A stretch of DNA of 63,990 nt, the filler included, from an uncultured bacterium (GTDB lineage: Bacteria > CAYSBA01), in the NCBI GenBank assembly GCA_964429075.1. It is 16 parts of 16 records of this genome, joined end to end, with 100 filler letters (N's around TTAATTAATTAA, not from the genome) between each part and the next. Parts side by side here need not be neighbours in the genome. Positions count along the whole stretch, not along the records: positions 20,984 to 25,034 come from CAYSBA010000174.1; positions 25,135 to 29,096 come from CAYSBA010000175.1; positions 29,197 to 33,147 come from CAYSBA010000176.1; 13 more parts are not named here. One strand, given 5' to 3'. The notes beneath the pieces were generated by a model, which was not told where the DNA came from, made no database searches, and saw nothing but the letters and a program-made list of their open reading frames with translations. Shown here one piece after another: positions 21,204 to 31,304 of the stretch (positions are counted from its first letter, which is position 1; the number at the start of each line of letters is the position of its first letter). The position numbers and the translations under genes are program-made.

Positions 21204-22134
21204 TCTCCTCCAGTATGTGGTTTAAAACCCTTTTTACAACAATCCTTCTATAGCGTGCCTTTGGAAAATTATTATCCAGTGGTTTAAAGCCTCTTGCAAT
21301 TTCCTTTATTATCTTTTCTTTTGGCATTTCCATACTAAAATCGCCCCACAAAGGCATACTTCCGCCACCTATTATACCAAAAGAAATGGTCTTGTGAAAT
21401 TTTTGGTCATCTTTGATTGCATAAGCCACAGATGTTGCTGCAAAATCAATGCTGCTTCTTGGTGCCACCTTAAAAAATCCTGAATCTTTTATTAAATTGA
21501 TATCCTCTACAACAACACCATATAGAATCTCCCCTCTTTTTAGATTAAATGGACATGCCCCATCTCTTTTGTATAACTCTCTAATTAGCATTATCCTTTC
21601 ACCATCACTACTAATAAGATGCAGTTTTGCATTCAATGCACATAATGCTGCTGAAAGATCAGAAAGGTAAAGTGCCATACATACCTTTGAACCAGGCGCA
21701 ATCCTGCATATATCTCCATTAAGTCTGAGACACCACCCTATAGCCTCTCTTATCATCTCTGACTTATTGGTATAATAGATACAGCGTGGAGACTGAAAGA
21801 TATTCCCACCAAGGGTGGCCACCGATCTGATCTGTAAAGATGCAACAGAAGCGGCTGCTTTTTTTATTGCTATAGGGATATCTTTAAAGGTTGAAAGATC
21901 ATTTAGAGTGGTCCCAGAGCCAATAAAGACTTTATTATCCTTTATATAAAAGTCTTTCAATTCATCGATCCTGCCAAGCCATACTGCCCTTTTTGCCCTT
22001 CTAAGCCCTACTTTCATCTCAACCACACAGTCTGTACCACCGGCTATGGGAAATGAATTTTTATCCTGAAGTAATTCTAAGGCACTCGCAAGATTATCAG
22101 GAATAACAAAACAGATGTCATCTGGTATAATCAT
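21190..22134 (-). CDS. Xanthine dehydrogenase-family FAD subunit with [4Fe-4S] insert (HcrB-like)
   Basis: AGGTD, ATLGGN, and a four-Cys insert RCIYY..WCLRLNGDICRIAPGSKVC. Confidence 0.82.
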   Translation of the reverse strand: MIIPDDICFVIPDNLASALELLQDKNSFPIAGGTDCVVEMKVGLRRAKRAVWLGRIDELKDFYIKDNKVFIGSGTTLNDLSTFKDIPIAIKKAAASVASLQIRSVATLGGNIFQSPRCIYYTNKSEMIREAIGWCLRLNGDICRIAPGSKVCMALYLSDLSAALCALNAKLHLISSDGERIMLIRELYKRDGACPFNLKRGEILYGVVVEDINLIKDSGFFKVAPRSSIDFAATSVAYAIKDDQKFHKTISFGIIGGGSMPLWGDFSMEMPKEKIIKEIARGFKPLDNNFPKARYRRIVVKRVLNHILEEIVAT

Positions 22135-24383
22135 CCCAACGCCTCTAAAATGTCCTCAGCAGTTACAGGAGTATGTCTAAATCTCTTCCCTACTGCCCTG
22201 CTTATTGCATTTACTATTGCAGGTACCACTGGATGGACTCCCCCTTCTCCTACCTCTTTTGCACCAAATGGGCCTTCTGGATCCACTGATTCTACAATTA
22301 TTGGATTTAATTTGCCAATGTCTGCTGCAACAGGAATCTTATATTCAAGCATATCTGAGTTTGCAGGCACACAACCCTGAATGAATGAAAACCTTTCATA
22401 TAGCGCCTGTCCAACCGCAAATATCATTGAACCTTCGAGCTGTGTCTTTACCATCTCTGGATTGATTGCCTTTCCACAATCATGAGCAAGCCAGATCTCT
22501 TTCACAAATACCCTCCCTGTAATAGAATCTACCTCTACCTCTGCAACAGCTGCTCCAAAGCTGTAGGATGGGGAGGGACCAACACCAGCGCCCCTATATT
22601 TGCCACCAAGTTTTGGTGGCTTATAACTCCCTGTTGATACCGGTAGTTTCAGACCTTTTTCTGATATAAGTTGTGCAAATTCAAAAAGACTTATTACATT
22701 TTTATAGCTGCTGTCCAGCAGACTACTATCTCTAATATCAACAACTTTTAATCCTGCTGAATCTGCCATCTCGAGTATCCTTTTCTTCAGATTCAAAGAT
22801 GCCATAAGAGCAGCATTTCCAGCCATAAAGGTAACCCTACTCGAATAGCTACCGAGATCCATTGGTGTTTTTGCAGTATCTGCAGCATAGATCTTGACAT
22901 CTTCATACCTTGCCCCTGTTGCCTCTGCCACTATCTGTCTTAAAACAGTATTGGAACCCTGACCAATATCTGAAGCCTGTGTCCTGATCTGTATTTTTCC
23001 ATCCTTTTTTAGTTCAAGATCCACCGTAGAATGGGGCTGTTGAGTACGGTAAACTGGATAGGCTGCTCCACTTATATACCAGCTACAAGCACAACCAAGT
23101 CCACAGTTATCTGGCATATTCTTATATCTTTCTTTCCACCTGCTTTCAGACATGACCCTCTCTATACATTCCTTAAGTCCATTGCTTGTGATCCTCAGGT
23201 TATTTATGGTCTCACAATTGGCTGGAAGAAGATTCTTCAATCTAAGTTCAAAAGGATCCATATCCAATCTTTCTGATAACTCATCAAGTAATATTTCAAA
23301 GGCAAGACGTGGATTTACTCCCCCGTGTCCTCTTTGTGCCCCACATGCAGGTTTATTTGTAAACACCCTTTTTCCTTTGTATTCCATTGCCTCTATTTTG
23401 TAAGGTCCGGCAAGCAATGAACCGGAATAATAGACTGTAACAACACCAAAGCCACCGTATGCTCCCCCATCCAGTGTTTGATCAGATCTTATATAAAACA
23501 ATTTTCCCTCACGGGAAGCTCCAATTTCTAAATCAATCTCATAGGGATGTCTGCCCCTATTTAATGCAAAAATCTCTTCTCTGTTCAGTCTGATCTTAAC
23601 CGGTTTTTTTAGACGCAATGCAAAGGCAGCGACGATAATCTCGTGGGCAAAAATCTCGCTTTTACCACCAAAACCACTACCAAGATATGGTTTGATGACC
23701 CTGACACTCTCCATAGGAAGATTCAAACATTTCGCAACCTGCCGATGAACATAGTGTGGTATCTGGGTAGTAGAGATAAGCACAAGGGTAGAATCGTTAT
23801 CTATATATGCAACTGCTGCGTGAGGTTCTATAACACAGTGATTGAGACCTATCATACTATAATGTCCCTTTACTACCACCTCTGATAAGGCCTCTGCCTT
23901 TTTTATATCACCAAATAGTTGATATACCTCTTTGTCAATGTTGTTATGCTCCTTTTTGTCTTCATGAATCAGTACATCCTTCACTTTCAGACCATCTTCA
24001 GGACTCGATATCTCTTTTAAAAGCTCATACTCAACACGGATCTTTCTTATGGCCTCCTCACATACTCTCTCTGTTACTCCTGCCACAGCAACCACATGAT
24101 CCCCAATATGGCGCACCTTCGGCCTCGCAAGGGGATATTCGTCTTCTCTTATTGGCAACACACCAAATGGTACTGGAAGATCTTCTGATGTAAGTATATC
24201 GAGCACACCATCTACCTTCAGGGCCTCACTAAAATCTATACTTTTTACAATCGCATGGGCATGGGGGCTCCCGAGTATCTTACAAAAGACCATACCATCT
24301 AATTTAATATCATCAGTATAGATGGCTTTTCCATTTACTTTATCCAGAATACCATCGGGCAGACAACTTTTCCCAACACTCAT
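22131..24383 (-). CDS. Xanthine dehydrogenase-family molybdopterin subunit (HcrA-like)
   Basis: GSGFGGK, AQRGHG, GSYSSR, GPFGAKEVGEG. Confidence 0.88.
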   Translation of the reverse strand: MSVGKSCLPDGILDKVNGKAIYTDDIKLDGMVFCKILGSPHAHAIVKSIDFSEALKVDGVLDILTSEDLPVPFGVLPIREDEYPLARPKVRHIGDHVVAVAGVTERVCEEAIRKIRVEYELLKEISSPEDGLKVKDVLIHEDKKEHNNIDKEVYQLFGDIKKAEALSEVVVKGHYSMIGLNHCVIEPHAAVAYIDNDSTLVLISTTQIPHYVHRQVAKCLNLPMESVRVIKPYLGSGFGGKSEIFAHEIIVAAFALRLKKPVKIRLNREEIFALNRGRHPYEIDLEIGASREGKLFYIRSDQTLDGGAYGGFGVVTVYYSGSLLAGPYKIEAMEYKGKRVFTNKPACGAQRGHGGVNPRLAFEILLDELSERLDMDPFELRLKNLLPANCETINNLRITSNGLKECIERVMSESRWKERYKNMPDNCGLGCACSWYISGAAYPVYRTQQPHSTVDLELKKDGKIQIRTQASDIGQGSNTVLRQIVAEATGARYEDVKIYAADTAKTPMDLGSYSSRVTFMAGNAALMASLNLKKRILEMADSAGLKVVDIRDSSLLDSSYKNVISLFEFAQLISEKGLKLPVSTGSYKPPKLGGKYRGAGVGPSPSYSFGAAVAEVEVDSITGRVFVKEIWLAHDCGKAINPEMVKTQLEGSMIFAVGQALYERFSFIQGCVPANSDMLEYKIPVAADIGKLNPIIVESVDPEGPFGAKEVGEGGVHPVVPAIVNAISRAVGKRFRHTPVTAEDILEALG

Positions 24384-24868
24384 TCTCTATCCCTCACTTC
24401 TAACCATGCATCATATATTGCCTCTGCAATCCTGTTGTATGCCCCACATCTACATAAAACACCAGAGATAGATTTTTTGATGTATTCTATATCAAGACTT
24501 TTTTCATGAAGAAGAGTAAAACCGATTGTAATCATTGCAGGTGTACAGTAACCACACTGAAGGGCTCTCTTTTTTATAAAGCTTTCTTTTAGTATATTAC
24601 TTTTGAGATCATTTAGACCTTCAAGGGTTATAACCTCTTTTCCATCTAAAAAAAGGGCCGGATATATGCAGGAAAGTACAGGTCTTTTGTCCAGAAGAAC
24701 AGTGCAGGCTCCGCACTCACCTTTACCACAGCCACGCTTTGTAGCTGTAAGGCCTGCCTTATCTCTCAAAATATCGAGCAAGGTCAGATTTTCTTCAACC
24801 TCAAATACAACCTCTCTTCCGTTTAAAACAAAGCTTATCTTGCCCTTTCTCCCTTTGTTTTGTGTCAT
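24380..24868 (-). CDS. (2Fe-2S)-binding small subunit (HcrC/CoxS-like)
   Basis: GCGKGECGAC, QCGYC, CRC. Confidence 0.92.
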   Translation of the reverse strand: MTQNKGRKGKISFVLNGREVVFEVEENLTLLDILRDKAGLTATKRGCGKGECGACTVLLDKRPVLSCIYPALFLDGKEVITLEGLNDLKSNILKESFIKKRALQCGYCTPAMITIGFTLLHEKSLDIEYIKKSISGVLCRCGAYNRIAEAIYDAWLEVRDRE

Positions 24869-24875
24869 TTTTATC

Positions 24876-25034
24876 CTACCTTATCCTATGTGGTGCTTCA
24901 AATCTTAAAAGATCTAATGTGTCAACCGGCATAGGACTTTGTGACATATCTGTATACTTTAATATTACATATAAATCTCCATCAAGAATGGTTAATCTCA
25001 TTAATTCTATAAAGCTTGACCCGGTAGTAGGTAT
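24876..25034 (-). CDS. 3' end of an unidentified gene
   Basis: Open frame from the contig edge (IPTTGSSF...HRIR*) ending just before the 2Fe-2S gene. Confidence 0.45.
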   Translation of the reverse strand: MPTTGSSFIELMRLTILDGDLYVILKYTDMSQSPMPVDTLDLLRFEAPHRIR

Positions 25035-25134
25035 NNNNNNNNNNNNNNNNNNNNNNNNNNNNNNNNNNNNNNNNNNNNTTAATTAATTAANNNNNNNNNN
25101 NNNNNNNNNNNNNNNNNNNNNNNNNNNNNNNNNN

Positions 25135-26070
25135 ATAAAGTACCTTATAAGTCTCACATAAAATAGGTAGATCAAGGCTCAACATATTAATCATCTGATA
25201 TACAGACTTTGATGTCTTTACGCCCTCTGCTACCATCTGCATATCACCAAGGATCTCTTTTAGACTCTCTCCCTTTCCCAGCCTGAATCCAACAGTTCTA
25301 TTTCGAGATAGATGGCCTGTACATGTTAACACAAGATCACCAACACCACTTAACCCTGCAAGTGTCAGAGGATTTGCACCCCATCTTACAGCGAGGCGAG
25401 TCATTTCAGATAGACCCCTTGTAATAAGCGCTGCTCTTGCATTCATTCCAAGTCCAATGCCATCTGCACAACCTACAGCAATTGCGATAACATTCTTTAA
25501 TGCGCCACCCATCTCAACTCCCAATACATCAAGAGATGTGTAAATCCTGAATTCCGGAAGGCTGAGTCTCTCCTGCAGATAGCGTGCAAGCCTGTAGTCT
25601 TTGCAGGCAAGTGTCAGGGCTGTCGGTAATCCCTGTGCAACCTCCTTGGCAAAGGATGGCCCTGACAACACTGAGATATTGTGCATATGAGATAGACCAA
25701 ACACCTCCTGATAAATTTGAGTAACTGTCATATAGGTATCATTCTCAATACCCTTAGAACAACTTACTATTTTTAGATCCTTTTTGAAAAACCGTTTATT
25801 ACTTTTTATGATCTCTCTTGTAAATTGAGTAGGTACCACACTTAAAACTATATCCACATCCTTTAGTGCAAACTCTAAGTCGATTGTTACTTTTATATTT
25901 TCTGATAGCTTAAAACCGGGTAAATAGGTGTAATTTTCTCTATCTTTCTCCATGATTTCAGCCAGCTGTGGATTATGAACCCAGAGTTTTACAGAGTGTT
26001 TTTTAGACTCCACTATTGCGAGTGCAGTTCCCCAGCTTCCACCACCTATGATACAGATATTACTCATCAA
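25135..26070 (-). CDS. gpsA: NAD(P)H-dependent glycerol-3-phosphate dehydrogenase (3' truncated)
   Basis: GGGSWGTALA, SKGIE, GALKNV, GDLVLTC, SRN. Confidence 0.95.
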
Positions 26071-27875
26071 ATAGCCCCATATATGGTTCTTATTACCTCT
26101 TCAAAGGTAGTAACCCCTCTTGCAAGCTTTTTAATTGCATTCTCCTTCATTGTAGACATACCATATTCCCTTGCAAGCTTAAAAATATCAAGATAGTGTT
26201 TTCTTTCCTTTATTGCCTCAGCAATCTCTTTAGTAATCTGCAATATCTCAAATATACCTGTTCTCCCAAAATACCCTGTGTTCCTGCACTTTCTACAGCC
26301 TCTACCATAGGCAACCTTCAATTTTGTACCTGGAGTTGTGTTTAACCCGAGTAGTGAAATCTGGTCTGAGGTCAGATAGGTATAGTCTATACAATATGGA
26401 CATACTTTTCTTACAAGACGCTGTGCAATAACACCAATAAGAGTACCTGCAAGCAGTGGTGGATCAACACCGAGCTCCATCATTCTGGAGATTGTAGCTA
26501 CAGTATCATTTGTATGAACAGTAGAAAATACAAGATGGCCTGTTAAAGCTGCCTGAACAGTCTGTCTTGCTGTCTCTGGATCCCTTATTTCACCAACCAT
26601 GATAACATCTGGATCCTGACGCAGTATAGTCCTCAATGATTCTGCGAAATCGAGGCCTATCTTTGGTTGAACATTTATTTGATTAAAATCCTCTATTACC
26701 ATCTCTATTGGATCTTCAATTGTAACTATATTTATTTGAGATGAATTCAAAAAAGATAATGTTGAGTAGAGAGTTGTGGTTTTACCACTTCCTGTTGGAC
26801 CAGTTATTAATATCAGGCCATGCCTTCTACTCAAAAAATCTTTATATATCTTTAGCTGTGAATCTGTCATACCAAGGTCTTCCAGATTTGTGGATAGGAC
26901 CTCAGGATCAAATATCCTAATCACAAGCTTTTCCCCAAATGCTGTAGGGAGTGTTGATACCCTAAGTTCTACCTCCTTGCCAGAGAGTTGCATCTTGATT
27001 CTTCCATCCTGTGGTTTTCTCTTTTCAGCAATATCCATGCCTGCCATCAATTTAATCCTTGATAGTATAGGTAGGTGCACGACCTTTGGAATCTTATCTA
27101 TATCATGTAAAACACCATCTATTCTGAACCTGATCTTGCTAATCTCTCTCTTTGGCTCAATGTGAATATCACTTGCCCGTTGTTCTAATGAATAGTGCAG
27201 AATAAAATCAACTGCATTTACAATGTGGGTGTCTGATGCGTCTATTTCATCTATAGATTTGATCTTTATAAGCTGTTCAAGATCGCCAAGCTGAGTATGC
27301 TGAAAAGCGGTCTTCTGGGCCTGCTGTACAGATCTTCTGAATCGAAAGAATTTTGAAAGATTTCCTACAATATCTGATTTGGTTGCAAGGACAACATTTA
27401 CTTTAAATCCTGTAATCTTTTCTAAGTTTTCAACTAACTCATCAATAAATGGATTTGAGCTTGCAAGTGTTAGTGTACCATTTTTTACTCCGAGTGGCAG
27501 TATGGAATGTTTAAGTGCAAAGGGCTCTGAAATTATTGATGTTACAAGTTCTGGATCAAGCTTTAACGGATCAATCTCTACAAATGGGATACCAAGATTC
27601 TTGGAGACCAGTCTTAATACCCTTGCCTGATCTATCTTTCCACTTTTGTTTTTTGTTTCAAGCCCCATTTCCTCTACAATCTCCAGGGGAGATATCTCCA
27701 GTGAAATATGATTTTTCTGGTTTCTTTTTGACCCTTTTAACTTCTTATAAAGCCTTGCCCTTATACGATCTTCCTGTAAAAAAAGGGCCGTCTTTTCTTC
27801 ATCCCCAATAAGGCCCTCTTTTTGAAGTATATTGACAATATATTCAAGATCAAATCTTTTTTGTTCTGGGATCAC
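26067..27875 (-). CDS. GspE/PulE-family secretion ATPase
   Basis: ASDIHIEP, GPTGSGKTT, RQDPDVIMVGEIRD, CPYC/CRKC. Confidence 0.9.
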   Translation of the reverse strand: MIPEQKRFDLEYIVNILQKEGLIGDEEKTALFLQEDRIRARLYKKLKGSKRNQKNHISLEISPLEIVEEMGLETKNKSGKIDQARVLRLVSKNLGIPFVEIDPLKLDPELVTSIISEPFALKHSILPLGVKNGTLTLASSNPFIDELVENLEKITGFKVNVVLATKSDIVGNLSKFFRFRRSVQQAQKTAFQHTQLGDLEQLIKIKSIDEIDASDTHIVNAVDFILHYSLEQRASDIHIEPKREISKIRFRIDGVLHDIDKIPKVVHLPILSRIKLMAGMDIAEKRKPQDGRIKMQLSGKEVELRVSTLPTAFGEKLVIRIFDPEVLSTNLEDLGMTDSQLKIYKDFLSRRHGLILITGPTGSGKTTTLYSTLSFLNSSQINIVTIEDPIEMVIEDFNQINVQPKIGLDFAESLRTILRQDPDVIMVGEIRDPETARQTVQAALTGHLVFSTVHTNDTVATISRMMELGVDPPLLAGTLIGVIAQRLVRKVCPYCIDYTYLTSDQISLLGLNTTPGTKLKVAYGRGCRKCRNTGYFGRTGIFEILQITKEIAEAIKERKHYLDIFKLAREYGMSTMKENAIKKLARGVTTFEEVIRTIYGAI

Positions 27876-27912
27876 AGATTAAATATATCACGCAAAGGCT
27901 GGTAAATCAAAC

Positions 27913-28722
27913 CTATTGTTTTATCCAGTTGGACTGCATTCTCAAGGTATATGTCTCTTCAATTGGTATATAGTATTGATGTGCAAGCTTGGCAAGTTGT
28001 ACAACTGCAAGGGCAGCGTCCTGTTGTAAAATAGAACCAAGCGCAGCACCTATCGTTGTCATAAGTGCGCTCCTTTGTTGTGCCCTAAAACCCCAATAGG
28101 CCTGTACACTGTATCCACTTGGTACAAAAAGACCACCTAAATTTATACCAAAAATCTGTACGTCTTTTAAAATCCGATGCACAATCCAGATATCAACGAG
28201 GATGAAATTCACAAATGGTATTTTTAGTTCATAAAAATATCGAACCTTTACTGATAGTATATTTTTGTCTCTTACACCAGGCCTTATATCATCAAAATCT
28301 ATCTGTTTACCACCAAGATGGGATCCATAATTGGAAAAATCTGAGTCCTCAGGACCATTTTTTATCTCAACATCAACCATTGGTAAACCAAATGCTGAAG
28401 TTACAGCATTGATGATTGCCATCTGAGCAGCTGTCTGAGCTATATGAGAGATATCATCTGCCCTTCCAAAGGTCGGAATAAGTGCAATAAATGCTGCCCT
28501 CTTCATTTTGTCTACATCACCATTAAAAACTATGCCTGCTCTTGCTGCACAAAATGCTGCATATTTTGTCATCAGTTTTGCCTGCTGCATCAGTGTAAGC
28601 TGAATAATACCAAGGATTAAAAATACCATAAATGGGATCACAAAAGCAGACTCTACAAGGGCCTGCCCCTTTGCATTCTTACAAATCTTTGTTGCCCTGT
28701 TATTTGACCTTACTCTTATCAT
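27913..28722 (-). CDS. TadE-family pilin-like protein (myxobacterial type)
   Basis: Prepilin motif GQALVESA plus TM segment, YAAFCAARAGIV. Confidence 0.82.
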   Translation of the reverse strand: MIRVRSNNRATKICKNAKGQALVESAFVIPFMVFLILGIIQLTLMQQAKLMTKYAAFCAARAGIVFNGDVDKMKRAAFIALIPTFGRADDISHIAQTAAQMAIINAVTSAFGLPMVDVEIKNGPEDSDFSNYGSHLGGKQIDFDDIRPGVRDKNILSVKVRYFYELKIPFVNFILVDIWIVHRILKDVQIFGINLGGLFVPSGYSVQAYWGFRAQQRSALMTTIGAALGSILQQDAALAVVQLAKLAHQYYIPIEETYTLRMQSNWIKQ

Positions 28723-29096
28723 CCTTCTTTACCTCTTTGTCATTGCCAAGTACCTTGTTGAGAAACGTATCCAGTGCCATGGTGCCGCCATTTTCTATCA
28801 GCTGCGGTTTTGCCCCCTTCCCATAAGAAATGAGTCTGATCTCTATATCCTTACCCTTCATCTTAACAAGACTATATATAGGTATCTCTCTTGAAGTCCA
28901 AATATCATATTTACCTGCAGATGTTTGAATTGTCGTCTTTACTGTATCAAATATACCGGCTGGTACTTTGACTCTCTCTGTCTTTCTTGAAATTATTTTA
29001 ATCTTATCCCTCTTTATCTGAATTCTCTTTGCCTTTTTTATAGGAACTGCTATTGGTGCCATGGTACCAACCTTTAAGATAATCCTGTTTACACTA
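28700..29096 (-). CDS. Hypothetical protein (5' truncated)
   Basis: ORF with VKVPAGIFDT, reminiscent of exported beta-sandwich proteins with a 'VPAG.F' motif. Confidence 0.55.
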
Positions 29097-29196
29097 NNNN
29101 NNNNNNNNNNNNNNNNNNNNNNNNNNNNNNNNNNNNNNNNTTAATTAATTAANNNNNNNNNNNNNNNNNNNNNNNNNNNNNNNNNNNNNNNNNNNN

Positions 29197-30178
29197 CCCT
29201 ATGGGTGCAGCACTTATCAGTAACAATAACGATATTATGTACTCCAATAAAACACTATACAGCTGGATTAATAAAGGCTTATTAGTAGAAAAAGATATTT
29301 TGGATTTGAATTCGGAGCAAAAAATCATTGAATTAAAAAGAGATCATAAAAAGAGCCATTACATTGTAACAACAATGGATCTTAATGTAAATGCAGATTG
29401 TAAAACACTTAACTCAGTAAAGAAGGTTGTCTATCTGATGGACATCTCAAGGATCAGATTACTTGAAGAGACAGCTTTTCAATTGGAAAAGTTTGCAAGT
29501 ATTGGTAAGGCAACATCCATATTTGTTCATGATCTAAAAAATCCACTCTCATGGATTAAGGTAAACGCTGCAAACGTTTTAGAGACGCTTATTGCAAGAG
29601 GCATAAAAGATCCTGAAGTAATTGACGCTCTTAAAGATATTAAAGATGGAGCAGAATCGATAACAATGCTATCCAATGATATTATAAGGATTCAGAAAGA
29701 TAACGACAATCTGCTCGGTCCACAGGACCTAACTGCTGTTATTCATATTGCTTTTGTTATCTGCAAAATGAAGACAAGAAATTCCACAAAAAAGTTCGAA
29801 CTCAAAAAGGATATTAGTAATGATCTTCCTTTTATCCAGATCAGCAGGCCAAAACTCCTTCAACTTATTACAAATCTTGTTTCAAATGCAATAGATGCCA
29901 TTGAGGAATCTGAAAAAATAGATACAGGTGTAGTTTCTGTAAGTTTTTTTCAAAAAAACAATCATGTTGTTATGAGTATAAAAGACAATGGAATAGGAAT
30001 ACCTGAGGATAAGATCCAGAAGATATTTGAACCATACTACACTACCAAACCTTTAGACAGAGGGACCGGCCTTGGAATGTATATAGTAAAGAAAATTGCC
30101 AATGAAATAGGTGCAAAGATAGAGATAGATTCAAAACCAAATCAGGGAACAACAATTAACATAGTGTTCCCTATTTGA
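29197..30178 (+). CDS. Sensor histidine kinase (5' truncated)
   Basis: H-box HDLKNPL, NLVSNA, DNGIG, FEPYYTTK, GTGLG. Confidence 0.92.
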
Positions 30179-30204
30179 CACACCTATTATTTTTCGTCTA
30201 TAGT
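30175..30204 (+). promoter_or_regulatory. Putative sigma70 promoter for leuB
   Basis: TTGACA-18 nt-TATAGT, about 30 nt upstream of the ATG. Confidence 0.6.
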
Positions 30205-30233
30205 CTTTTTTCAAACATAGATGGAGATGCCCG

Positions 30234-31295
30234 ATGAAAAAAATAGCAGTTATAGCAGGCGATGGGATTGGTATTGATGTTACAAAAGAGGCACTCAAGG
30301 TCTTATGTGCAATCAGAGATCGCTTTGGTTATGATTTAGAGTATAAAGAATTTCCATATGGTGCAGACTATTACCTTGAGACCGGAATTACCATGCCAGA
30401 GGAGATGTTCGATGTCTTTAAGAGTGAATACGATGCCATACTTCTGGGAGCCCTTGGAGATCCAAGAATACCGGATATGCGTCATGGGAGGGATATCCTT
30501 CTGGGGCTCAGATTCAAATTAGACCTCTATGTAAACGAAAGACCGGTTAAACTCCTTGACCCTGACCTATGTCCATTAAAGAATAAGGGACCAGAAGATA
30601 TAGATTTTATTGTATTCAGAGAGAATACCGAAGGTCTCTACGTTGGGATGGGAGGTATCTTTAAAAAGGGGACAGAGGATGAAATAGCTATCAATGAAGA
30701 TATCAACACAAGAAAGGGTGTTGAAAGGATCATAAGACATGCCTTTGAGTACGCACGAAGACACAACAAAAAAAGAGTAACAATGAGTGACAAGAGTAAT
30801 GTTCTTAGATTTGGACATGACCTCTGGCAGAGGGTCTTTTACGAGGTTGCCAAGGAGTATCCAGAGATAGAAGCAAACCACTGGTATGTTGATGCCCTCT
30901 GCATGCAGATGATCAAACGTCCAGAGCAGTTTGAGGTTATAGTTACATGCAATATGTTTGGGGATATCATAACCGATCTTGGTGCTCAATTGCAGGGAGG
31001 TATGGGTCTTGCTGCAAGCGGAAATATCCATCCAGGTCAAACAAGTATGTTTGAACCAATACACGGTTCTGCTCCTAAATATGCCGGTAAAAATATTGCC
31101 AACCCTATGGGGGCAATCCTATCATTGCAGATGTTGCTTGAATATATAGGACTCAAAGAGGGTGCTGATACAATAGAAAGAGCCGTAGTAGAAGCAATAA
31201 AAAGAGGCTGGGTAACGAGGGATCTCGGAGGTCAACTTGGAACAAAAGAGGTAGGAGATAAAATAAAAGAACTTGTTCTGTCAAAGGAGCTATAA
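30234..31295 (+). CDS. leuB: 3-isopropylmalate dehydrogenase (isocitrate/isopropylmalate/tartrate DH family)
   Basis: GDGIG, RENTEGLY, DKSNVL, NMFGDIITD, FEPIHGSAP. Confidence 0.8.
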   Translation: MKKIAVIAGDGIGIDVTKEALKVLCAIRDRFGYDLEYKEFPYGADYYLETGITMPEEMFDVFKSEYDAILLGALGDPRIPDMRHGRDILLGLRFKLDLYVNERPVKLLDPDLCPLKNKGPEDIDFIVFRENTEGLYVGMGGIFKKGTEDEIAINEDINTRKGVERIIRHAFEYARRHNKKRVTMSDKSNVLRFGHDLWQRVFYEVAKEYPEIEANHWYVDALCMQMIKRPEQFEVIVTCNMFGDIITDLGAQLQGGMGLAASGNIHPGQTSMFEPIHGSAPKYAGKNIANPMGAILSLQMLLEYIGLKEGADTIERAVVEAIKRGWVTRDLGGQLGTKEVGDKIKELVLSKEL

Positions 31296-31304
31296 GGATA
31301 ATCC

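Noticed and set aside
24862-25086. Plus-strand 74-aa ORF from the track
   Set aside because: It runs into the linker. The minus-strand frame 24876-25034, co-oriented with the operon, is more plausible.
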